From assembly GCA_965649765.1 (NCBI GenBank), contig OZ287751.1, positions 73,346,001 to 73,410,000 of the forward strand: a stretch of 64,000 nt of DNA, written 5' to 3'. Position numbers and translations under genes: made by a program. This DNA is from Bispira polyomma (taxonomy: Eukaryota). The notes beneath the pieces were generated by a model that did not search any database, was not told the origin of the DNA, and saw only the letters and a program-made list of their open reading frames with translations. This document shows, piece by piece, positions 26,541 through 35,544 of the stretch (positions are counted from its first letter, which is position 1; each line of letters starts with the position of its first letter).

Positions 26541-26940
26541 AATTGTGTGATTCAAACGTTTGGGAAAGCCCATAATGTTGAAAATATAAAATAAATGGTC
26601 ATTTACGGCATATTTATTGCCCAGAACAGGGGTAATCATGTTATTTCTAAATACAGGTTTATGGCCTTGTGCTACATTAGAAACTAGCTTGCTAGTATGT
26701 CAGGGGAAAGATAGCTCTGGGCAAATAGTTGTCTGATGAATGCGTAACACACCCTATGCTTATACATTACGTGAAATCGATTCATAATTCAAGGCTAGTC
26801 TCTTATTTACTAGGTTTTAGTTAGTATGATTGTTAACTTTGTTATATGTTTTACTGTAACTTTTTAACTGTGTTTGTAACTGTTATGATTGATATTGGAC
26901 ACTTGGATATTGTGTTCCTTGTACGTTATTGGATAATGTA

Positions 26941-27145
26941 TGGGTGTCAAAATTTAAAAAAATATTTACTATTATCCTACCTTTATCTGTACTTGTGTAT
27001 ACATACTCACTAATTTGTACACAATAAAACCTCAAATATGGTTATACTTTTACTTATAAAACTTCATATCAAACGCTATTATAAGTTACTTCCTGAAACT
27101 TCATGACTTAACTCCACCTTAACTTTACATCTTAGCAATTGGACT
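26941..27145 (+). repeat. Repeat B2 of decayed Ngaro (3' terminus)
   Basis: Matches 24616-24804. Confidence 0.85.
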
Positions 27146-27379
27146 TGAAGTTTAACTCTCGAGATTTGTCAAACCGTCTTGTTATAAACAACCTATTTAT
27201 ATATATTAAAAAAATTAGACTTTCAACTGGCTTTAAGGTTAAATCTCTTTAACAAAACTTACAGGATATATACTTCTCCTGTTAATTATACAACACACCA
27301 GCTACCTTAAAGAAAGTCATTTTTTTTTGTCTGCATTGTTACTTGCAAACATATGTAATTATAATACAAATAACTGCAG

Positions 27380-27473
27380 ATGGCCGAGAACCCAGACCAG
27401 TCAGATGCTAAAACACAACACATAAGACAAGGTTACCTAAAATGGGAACAATATTTCATGGGAGTAGCACTAC
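27380..27473 (+). CDS. DCTD: dCMP deaminase coding exon 1, 5' part
   Basis: cag|ATG then MAENPDQSDAKTQHIRQGYLKWEQYFMGVAL. Confidence 0.9.
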
Positions 27474-27704
27474 AGTCCCCATAATTGGAGGGATATAATT
27501 GAAATCAAAGGTCAAGATTGTTGAAGGTCAAGTTGCGATCAATAAGGTCATGATATGTTGTAAATATGAGAAGAAGGTAGTAACAGATTCAGTTTGAGTA
27601 TTTATTTTTTACATGTTAGTATATATATATATTTACATATGACCTTAACATAGTATAAGAAAAGCTTAAAAATGTTTAAAATAAAAGTAAAATTTTTAGC
27701 CCCA
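27474..27704 (-). repeat. Ngaro repeat B2
   Basis: Same as 28631-28859 except one TA unit. Confidence 0.95.
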
Positions 27705-28413
27705 CAATGAAGCTATAATCATCACCAACTTTAAATAAAGGCCACATATAAAAAAAAAAAAAAAAAAAAAAGTTACGTCTAAAATACTACAATAACATGT
27801 GCTGATATTATATCATATTGCATTGCACATAAATTAGCCTTTATCATATTAACTTTGCATTATATATACCATCCACATAATATTATAGTGGTTTACAAAG
27901 GGGCTTGCCCATACAAATTGAACATGACAAGAATATCTAGTACTTCACATATATCGAGTTACATATTGGTACATTATCCTTCATAGCTCATTCAAGGCAA
28001 CAGCCAGTGTTAGTTACAATGATCGTTGAAGATCTTTCTTTTCATACCCATATAACCTACTTTATATTTATCCTTACAGACACCCTTAAATGTCTCATAA
28101 CTTGGCGTAGTCCGTCCTGTCTTTTAAGCCATAAAAAGGGGGCTTAAACTCCGTCAAATCAAAGTCTGTACGACCATTTGTCCAGTTTAGTCATCCATAA
28201 CGTCTGTCTTGACACATAATCGCGTCTCTACCATGTGTACATCATAAATGCCCACCGAGAGGCAGCTAAATAAACATAAATAATTTCTAGTCATCTCAAC
28301 CTTATAATCGCGTCTTTACATGTGTTCATTCTGAATGCACACAGAAAGGCCGACGGCAATGGAAATAAGTCACATTACCTATACCTTATGCTGAGGTGAG
28401 GGGAGGAGGTGGG

Positions 28414-28630
28414 TTTTTAAAATGAACTTGTTGTTCCTTCAAATTCGGAATTTAATATGGTGGCTTTATGTTTTTGCGGGAAGAAGGTAGCATTCGAGCC
28501 CTCTCATTGGCTAGTGTAGAGATGGACAGATGGCTTAATAAAAGTCGTTCTAACTTGATGGAATTTAAGGTAGCAGAGTAAAAGTGTGTGGACTGACGTA
28601 GCAGTCCCCTAAAGGTGTCCTGCTTACCAC
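28414..28630 (-). repeat. Ngaro repeat A2
   Basis: 217 bp; 2 differences seen from 34377-34593. Confidence 0.95.
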
Positions 28631-28859
28631 AGTCCCCATAATTGGAGGGATATAATTGAAATCAAAGGTCAAGATTGTTGAAGGTCAAGTTGCGATCAAT
28701 AAGGTCATGATATGTTGTAAATATGAGAAGAAGGTAGTAACAGATTCAGTTTGAGTATTTATTTTTTACATGTTAGTATATATATATTTACATATGACCT
28801 TAACATAGTATAAGAAAAGCTTAAAAATGTTTAAAATAAAAGTAAAATTTTTAGCCCCA
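28631..28859 (-). repeat. Ngaro repeat B1
   Basis: Follows the YR stop and abuts A2. Confidence 0.95.
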
Positions 28860-28866
28860 AGCCAAA

Positions 28867-29817
28867 CTAGAAAACAGAAGGGATGGTGGCCGCGAAAGTC
28901 AAAGGGACCACAGAAGCTGCTTGGGAGGTTTTTTGTAGATAGGTCCACACGGCAGAAGATCTCCAAAGACCATGGGACATGATGTTTTGAAGGGATACAT
29001 TATTGTTAAAAGCGAAAGTGGCTCCCGACCTTCTGAAAGTGTGAAATCCATGGGAAGTATATTGCAGTCCAATGTGCGAAAGAACTGTTTGCAGTGCTGT
29101 TCTAACGTGTGAGTCCACTATTGTGTGAAAAGGTGCCTTGCCCTGTGCAAATAGAGGTTGGCTATTGATCAATTTCCTAGATTGGAGGAGAGCCATTAAA
29201 GCCCTTACTGGACAAAGTAATTTGTTCTGAAGGGCTGGAATTTGAATAATATGGGTATCCGTTCTATTTTGTAAGTTTTTCGCCCACTTTAATATGATGT
29301 GGGCTCCCGGATAACCGAAAACCACATCTTGTCTGAGGAAATGTCTGGATGGATCAAAGCTTGCCCTAGAATGAGGAGCTATATTTGATAGCCTTAAAAA
29401 CCCGAAAAAAGCCACCAAGAATATTGCCCTAAATAAAATTGGGTCATCCAAAATCTCACATGTAGCTGAAATCTGCTGTAATTGCTGAATAGTAAAAATC
29501 CCCTTAGGTTTGGGTTTAAATGTAGAATTGTGAGATAAACTCCTGAGGAAAAGAGACACTGAATTGTGCGTGAAAGGAGAGAGGTCCCAAGAATATTTAT
29601 TCGCAATAAATCTAAGAGCAGCCATGTAATTTTTTATGGCTCCAGGAGATAAAAGATTTTGTGCCAAATACTCCAAAAAGGCAATGACAGCATGTATAGT
29701 AATGTGTTGGATACCTGAGAACTGTAAGAAAGCTAGAAAAGTTTTAAATTGTCCTTCATATGCTGAATTAGACTTTGGTCTTAAAGCAGTATTAATCCTG
29801 TCCCATGCTGTGTCCAT
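28867..29817 (-). CDS. Tyrosine recombinase (intact)
   Basis: Catalytic set FFGFLRLSN (R), KWAKN (K), HTFRR (HxxR), HGLW, WTYL (Y). Confidence 0.95.
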   Translation of the reverse strand: MDTAWDRINTALRPKSNSAYEGQFKTFLAFLQFSGIQHITIHAVIAFLEYLAQNLLSPGAIKNYMAALRFIANKYSWDLSPFTHNSVSLFLRSLSHNSTFKPKPKGIFTIQQLQQISATCEILDDPILFRAIFLVAFFGFLRLSNIAPHSRASFDPSRHFLRQDVVFGYPGAHIILKWAKNLQNRTDTHIIQIPALQNKLLCPVRALMALLQSRKLINSQPLFAQGKAPFHTIVDSHVRTALQTVLSHIGLQYTSHGFHTFRRSGATFAFNNNVSLQNIMSHGLWRSSAVWTYLQKTSQAASVVPLTFAATIPSVF

Positions 29818-29849
29818 AAGCTGCTGTGTAATTGGCGTAGAACCTGAAA

Positions 29850-32648
29850 TTAAATTGTCAAGTTTAAGTTAAAATATTCAAGTGGGACTGACCTCCAAAC
29901 ATTATTATCTCTAATTGATTGCAATAAATTATTGTCAATGCCTCTTACTGAATATATTCTAGATAATGCATCAGCAATTATGTTGTTTTTCCCAGGAATG
30001 TGTTTAATCTCAAGCGTAATATCATATGCTGCTGTAATTAGCCATATGTTTCTTAAGCAAAGTGCTAAGAATTTGTCTCTAGTTTTCTGTGATTCAACTA
30101 CCAGAACCACAGCCATATTGTCGCAGTTGATGCTCAATTTCTGGTGTTTCCACTGTTCGGCCCAAATTTTTAATGCGATGATGATATTCAACATTTCCAA
30201 ATGAACAATTGTCAATTTGCCGTTGAAAATATCATGGAACGGGGTGGCATATACTTCATTATTCCATACTCCCCCGAATCCGGTGAGACAAGCATCCAAA
30301 TGCAACTCGTTTGCGTGTGAGATAATATCTTTTTGTATATATGTTATCCCATTGAATTTTTCCAAAAATGTTATAAACCATTGGATGTCCGCTTGCATTT
30401 CATTGCTGACCTTAAATCTTTTGTTCATGCTATTATTTCTAAAAGCAGCTAATAATCTGTTAATGAATATCCTGGCAGGGACGACGCATTTATGAATATA
30501 CAGCAATTGGCCCAGGAGCGATTGAAATTTTTTTCTAGAAATATATTTTTTACTATGCACTTCGAGGCATGTTTTGTGAACTTCCTGTAATTTCTCAAGC
30601 TGAATACTAATGGTGCCTGCTGTAATGTCAAAGTCAATGCCGAGACACGTAAGTTTCTTAGTGGGAGGAGTAAGCTTATCCGCGTTAAGAGGTAAACCTA
30701 GTTTCATCATGATATCATATAGCATATCAAAACCCGCTTGAGCATGTTCTTTTGAAGCAACGCAAACGTAATCGTCTATGTATCCGAATACTTGGTAACC
30801 ATGGTTACCCATAAATGAGGTTATTGCGTCGGTACATCGCTGGAAGGCCGTGCTGCCGTGGACCCAGCCAAACGCAATTGCCGGATCAACATAGTATACA
30901 TTGTCCCAAAATATTCCTAGTTTCATGGCGTCGACTGGGTCAACACGTAAGTTCCGAAACGCGCGTGCCACGTCAATTTTAAACAGTACCGGATCATCAG
31001 TATTACGAATTGCTTCTGTAATGTTATCTATGTTTGGAAACTTTAATACAAACGCCACTCCATCAAAATTGTCCCTGTCAACATTGTCATTAACCGAGGC
31101 CCCTTTTGGGTAAGAAAGGTTCAATATGACTCGACGCTTTGTAATATCTTTTGGCCTAGTAAGAAGTGGTGAACAATTATATTGAGGGTCCGGAATGTCC
31201 CTAGTAGGCCCCAACATGGCCCCCAATGATGTTTCCTTTTCCAAGTATTGCCTTACTGCATCAGGGTACTGAGAAGCTGAGAAATGATTAGTTACCTTAT
31301 GATTTCTTATACCCTCTGGTTGTGTCAAAGACAGAGGGAATCCAAACTTAATGTATTGAATTAATAACTGGTCAGGATATTCCTGTAATAAGTCCTCCCA
31401 TGCTTTGATATGTAAACCTGAGTTGATAGGTATCCTAGCCTGTCTATAATTGGGAAGCCCTGTTTCCTTAATGATTTCAGCAACCCTTGAAATTTCTGAA
31501 ATATCCTTAATGGTAACTGCCTGCCTGTCAGGACCTACAAACTCAAAATTTGTGGGGGACAGAGCTATGAACCCTACAACCTTATTGGGATTGTTAATGT
31601 CAGTAGTTTTCCTGATAACAGGTAGATTGGCCATTTTAAGCATGTCCCTAAAATGTTCTGAAGAAGTCGGATTTGTGATGACATCACAAAGCGGACGACT
31701 CTTACCTGTTTCGTTTTTCCCGGTCATGTTGCCGGTCTCCTTGTTCCTTGTTATACATTCATCATTATTTACATTATCTGTATTATTATCAGTCCCTTTA
31801 CAGTCATCAATCATGCAGTCAATAATTTGTTCCATATATGTAGTATAGTCAATGTTATATCTGTCCAAACATGTGATATCTCTGTCATAGAACAATTTAG
31901 TGTCCTTCGCTTGTTGTTTGTCTTTTGCAGAAACATAATTGTATTCAATACCATACTGGACGTCTTGACATTCCTGATATTGTAACAGTGCAGAAAACGA
32001 ATTTAAAATTGTTAGTAAACCAGAAGGTTTAAATTCGATTTGGTCATAATAATGAACACCAGCAGCCTGATCCCAGATTTGACAGTAGAAATTTTTAAAG
32101 AAGCCGTTATGACTGTGAATATACACTATGGGAGAAGAAAATTCCCCCTTGTTATTCATGTAATTCCAATTTGTGATGTCTATTCTTACTTCACATGTTT
32201 TACTGCTGTTGTTCATATATACCTGGTTATATTTTAGATCTTTAGCGCCATCAGATCTGACGTACTGACCAGTGTTCTTATGTTCTGCTTGTGACCCATC
32301 TGTGCTGGGTACATTATGGCCCCTACCTGTAGAACCTTGTACAAGAACGTTATGACTCACACTATTTCCCTTATGGTCTGCTTGTGACACATCTGTGTTG
32401 TGTACATTATAGCCCATATCTGGAAAACCTTGAACAAGAACATTATGACTTACATTATTTCCATTAATGACATTTATCACTCTGTAATAATTTGACATAT
32501 CATTCCCAGATTGGGTAACAACTGTATCAATTTTAGCATTATTTACTGTCTCAATATGTTTGTAATTGTTCTTATCGACAATTAATTGCTTATCATTCTC
32601 TATTACCTTATTAGCAATTAAATGACTGTTCTTTCTGTCCTTCTTCAT
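29850..32648 (-). CDS. Reverse transcriptase + RNase H with a ~350-aa N-terminal extension (intact, 932 aa)
   Basis: KIDVARAFRN, FGWVHGS, YIDD; RNase H motifs HLDAC, HLEM, NCDN, IADALSR. Confidence 0.95.
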   Translation of the reverse strand: MKKDRKNSHLIANKVIENDKQLIVDKNNYKHIETVNNAKIDTVVTQSGNDMSNYYRVINVINGNNVSHNVLVQGFPDMGYNVHNTDVSQADHKGNSVSHNVLVQGSTGRGHNVPSTDGSQAEHKNTGQYVRSDGAKDLKYNQVYMNNSSKTCEVRIDITNWNYMNNKGEFSSPIVYIHSHNGFFKNFYCQIWDQAAGVHYYDQIEFKPSGLLTILNSFSALLQYQECQDVQYGIEYNYVSAKDKQQAKDTKLFYDRDITCLDRYNIDYTTYMEQIIDCMIDDCKGTDNNTDNVNNDECITRNKETGNMTGKNETGKSRPLCDVITNPTSSEHFRDMLKMANLPVIRKTTDINNPNKVVGFIALSPTNFEFVGPDRQAVTIKDISEISRVAEIIKETGLPNYRQARIPINSGLHIKAWEDLLQEYPDQLLIQYIKFGFPLSLTQPEGIRNHKVTNHFSASQYPDAVRQYLEKETSLGAMLGPTRDIPDPQYNCSPLLTRPKDITKRRVILNLSYPKGASVNDNVDRDNFDGVAFVLKFPNIDNITEAIRNTDDPVLFKIDVARAFRNLRVDPVDAMKLGIFWDNVYYVDPAIAFGWVHGSTAFQRCTDAITSFMGNHGYQVFGYIDDYVCVASKEHAQAGFDMLYDIMMKLGLPLNADKLTPPTKKLTCLGIDFDITAGTISIQLEKLQEVHKTCLEVHSKKYISRKKFQSLLGQLLYIHKCVVPARIFINRLLAAFRNNSMNKRFKVSNEMQADIQWFITFLEKFNGITYIQKDIISHANELHLDACLTGFGGVWNNEVYATPFHDIFNGKLTIVHLEMLNIIIALKIWAEQWKHQKLSINCDNMAVVLVVESQKTRDKFLALCLRNIWLITAAYDITLEIKHIPGKNNIIADALSRIYSVRGIDNNLLQSIRDNNVWRSVPLEYFNLNLTI

Positions 32649-32693
32649 ACACTCAGTACTTATGGCATGTGACTCTGCTAGTTGAAAATTTAC

Positions 32694-34283
32694 CTATTTA
32701 TTTGACACAGAATTTTCTGACTGTTTGTTGGCATTAGCCCTGTAGCATTTGAATTCCGGGTGACTTTGTTCTTTACCTAGCACCTTATTGCAATACCAGC
32801 AGTTATGCCTATAATTACCGTGGTCTGATTTATGTGAACATTTACCAGTGTTAAACATTTTGCAGATCACCTTGGCCTCGTTCGAACTCCCTCCTTGCGT
32901 CGTGCGGTTACTGTCATTGTGTGTACTGTTAGCCATCGCGAGTTGAGAGGCATTAAGCCTGTTCAATGCCCATTGCGTATTTTCCTGCCAGGACAGCCGA
33001 CCCTCCTCCACCTCTTGCATGTTGAGGGCCCAGGCTGTCCTGACCACTGGCCATGGTAATGAAGCGGCATCCCGCATAGCATATACGAGCTGAAGCATCA
33101 TGCTCCTCATAAGCGCGTTGTCTTGAACTTGCAGAGCATTGGAGATTTGCCCCTGAGAGTTCGTCGTAGGTCGGACGTTTTCGGGCGGTACCCCCGACCC
33201 ATCCCTCATTCGGCCACCGAAATTGAGCATCCCCCATCGTGACGTCGGTACTGTTAAACCTACCGGACTTTGTTCTCGAGTTCACCTTACCTTGGAGCAA
33301 GTGTTTGTGGGCCAATGCTTCGTATTCGGCCAGTTGGCCGAGACAGCAGATTGGACACTGGGTATGGACCTGAGAACATCAACACTGGGCACTATTCCGT
33401 CCTTCTGATAATCGTGAGCATTAATCGGCTGTTGCTGGATCTGCTGAGCCTGATGCAAGCCAATCCCTGTCTGCAGTGTCAGCGCGTTGTGAGCCGGTGT
33501 CTGCACAGTGTGAGGGGTAGTTAAAGACGGTTGTAGCTGTTGCTGGATCATGGGGTTGTATATACCCGCTACACCCGAAGGCGTGTGCGCCGTTAAATGT
33601 GTTGTCGGTTGTGTGTGAGCAGCACTTAACCCCAGACCACTGTTAGGCGGAGCAAGGGAATCTGACGCTGTATTCCGTAGTGGCGGTTGGGTGTGAACAG
33701 CACCTAATCCCATCCCATTAGTAAGCATAGCCGTGTGCTGGTTAGCAAGCGGATTCGGCAGCGTGGATTGTAGTGACGGTTGAGTGTGAGCAGCACCTAA
33801 CCCCATTCCGTTCGTCGACATCGCTGTGTGTCTGTTCATAAGATGGTTTGGCAACGTGGATTGTAGTAACGGTTGAGTGTGGACAGCACTTAACCCGTTA
33901 GGCGGGATCACTGTGTGCTGGCTTTCCAGCGCTAAGCTATCTGAGGAGTTGCTTATGGGCCCGTTATTTGCCGTTCTAGCCTCCACTCTTTCTATACGCT
34001 GGGACAGTGATATGTTGGAGGACTCGAGTCGTCTTAATATGGAGAGCATCTCGTTCGAGCCCTGCTCAGAGGTAGTAGGCGGGATCGTGTCAAAACAAGT
34101 GTTACCTGCCAAAGACTGTGTACCCTGTCCAGTATTTGTAGCAGGATTTGCTGAAGTAGCATTTAAAGAAGTCGATACCTGTTCTACTGTGTCCTTTGTC
34201 ACCTTCAGTACTTTGGTAGCTCGAGTCATGGGCTTCTTTTGTTTAACAATACTGTGTAAGGCACCCTTTGTATTTTTCCCCAT
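32694..34283 (-). pseudogene. Ngaro gag-like ORF1, broken by 2 frameshifts (~33335 and ~33155)
   Basis: Three overlapping ORFs reconstruct one protein: coiled coil, 31-aa repeats, QGK..KSGRF..RWPNEG..YDELS, C-terminal Cys/His finger. Confidence 0.88.
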
Positions 34284-34376
34284 GATTCACTATATCAATT
34301 TAGCACTAACTGTGTGACACAATATGTAAAAATAAAATACAATTCGATGTAAATAAAGTAAAATAAAAGTTTGTTT

Positions 34377-34593
34377 TTTTTAAAATGAACTTGTTGTTCC
34401 TTCAAATTCGGAATTTAATATGGTGGCTTTATGTTTTTGCGGGAAGAAGGTAGCATTCGAGCCCTCTCATTGGCTAGTGTAGGGATGGACAGATGGCTTA
34501 GTAAAAGTCGTTCTAACTTGATGGAATTTAAGGTAGCAGAGTAAAAGTGTGTGGACTGACGTAGCAGTCCCCTAAAGGTGTCCTGCTTACCAC
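34377..34593 (-). repeat. Ngaro repeat A1 (5' terminus)
   Basis: Matches A2. Confidence 0.95.
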
Positions 34594-34628
34594 TTTCTGC
34601 TAAACGGAGCAAGGACCCAAAAACGCAG
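34594..34628 (+). CDS. DCTD: dCMP deaminase coding exon 1, 3' part
   Basis: (L)SAKRSKDPKTQ|gtaac. Confidence 0.92.
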
Positions 34629-35414
34629 GTAACATATATATTACCCCATTAGACTGAGAGGAAAAATATACATTTTCGCTGTTTCTGACAAGTAATTATA
34701 TTGTTGGAAAAAAATGAATCATGTGACTTGAAATAATGGAATCAATAATTATAAAAAAGAAAGCTAAAATGTAAGTGGTTTTGTGCTATTTTGGCATTTT
34801 TAATAATAGACAAGCAATTCATTAAGCTTATCATTAAGATTAATATTAGTACACCTACATGTGACAAGCTAAAATGTATAAAGTTTTTTGGACAAGCAAT
34901 TCAGTAAAATTAATACTAGTAAACATACATATCTTACATTTTAATTAGTAGTACAATCATTTAGATCTTATTACAATTACTTCTTCTTGTTTTTTGGTGC
35001 TATGTTTTGTATGGCCTGGTTCTCAATCATTATTTCCCTCTTAAGGATTAAACAATAAATATGGGAAAATCGGTTGTTGAGCAGCTCGAATGTTAAATTT
35101 TCTTAAAATATTCACATGAATATTTTGCAAAAAACAAGCATACGGTTAACTGTACAAAAATATTTTAAGGTTTTAAACTTTGTGCTGCCTCAACCCCTGC
35201 TCTATAAATTATTGAACATTATGGTCGTGTTCAAGTATAATATGCATTTATAGCTGCCCCAGATAAATCAACTAAATCGTTCAAATATCATTTTTGGAGC
35301 TGCAGCGAACTGCAGGACTATCTAAATGTAACTTTCACACGTTTCATATGTTTATTACACCTTTACCATTTGGTACTTCTTTTCTTACCCTTTTTGTGTG
35401 TCTTCTGTTTTCAG

Positions 35415-35544
35415 GTTGGGGCATGTATTGTAAATGAAGATCGTATCATAGTGAGCACTGGTTACAACGGCATGCCAAACGGGTTGAGTGATGACGACAT
35501 GCCATGGGGAAAAGGAGATGGTCTAAAAAATAAACACCTCTATG
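35415..35544 (+). CDS. DCTD: dCMP deaminase coding exon 2
   Basis: tttcag|[23 protein letters not shown]...KHLY G|gtatga. Confidence 0.95.

Larger units (their letters stand above)
17974..27145 (+). mobile_element. Decayed full-length Ngaro-type element (A1-gag-RT/RH-YR-B1-A2-spacer-B2) carrying Academ and MITE insertions
   Basis: Split direct repeats A1/A2 and B1/B2; gag relics (LAVLRCLEMSN, DGVEPQLDTLR, RWLNEGWVG); RT relic (LFKIDISKAF, PFGWVHGS); YR end (FHTFRR); all homologous to the 27474-34593 copy. Confidence 0.88.
27474..34593 (-). mobile_element. Young full-length Ngaro-type YR retrotransposon (7.1 kb)
   Basis: Order A1-gag-RT/RH-YR-B1-A2-spacer-B2; near-identical repeats; no methyltransferase domain; no TSD. 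Confidence 0.96.

Noticed and set aside
27900-28015. Twister-like words (taacactggc, caagccc) in the young Ngaro spacer
   Set aside because: Spacing and pseudoknot pairings do not fit the twister consensus
28867-29817. Prophage or bacterial integrase, or contamination
   Set aside because: YR is linked to RT/RH and split direct repeats and lies in an intron-containing gene, which identifies a Ngaro retrotransposon
33877-34317. Antisense ORFs over Ngaro, BEL and Gypsy coding regions
   Set aside because: Shadow ORFs with no recognisable motifs
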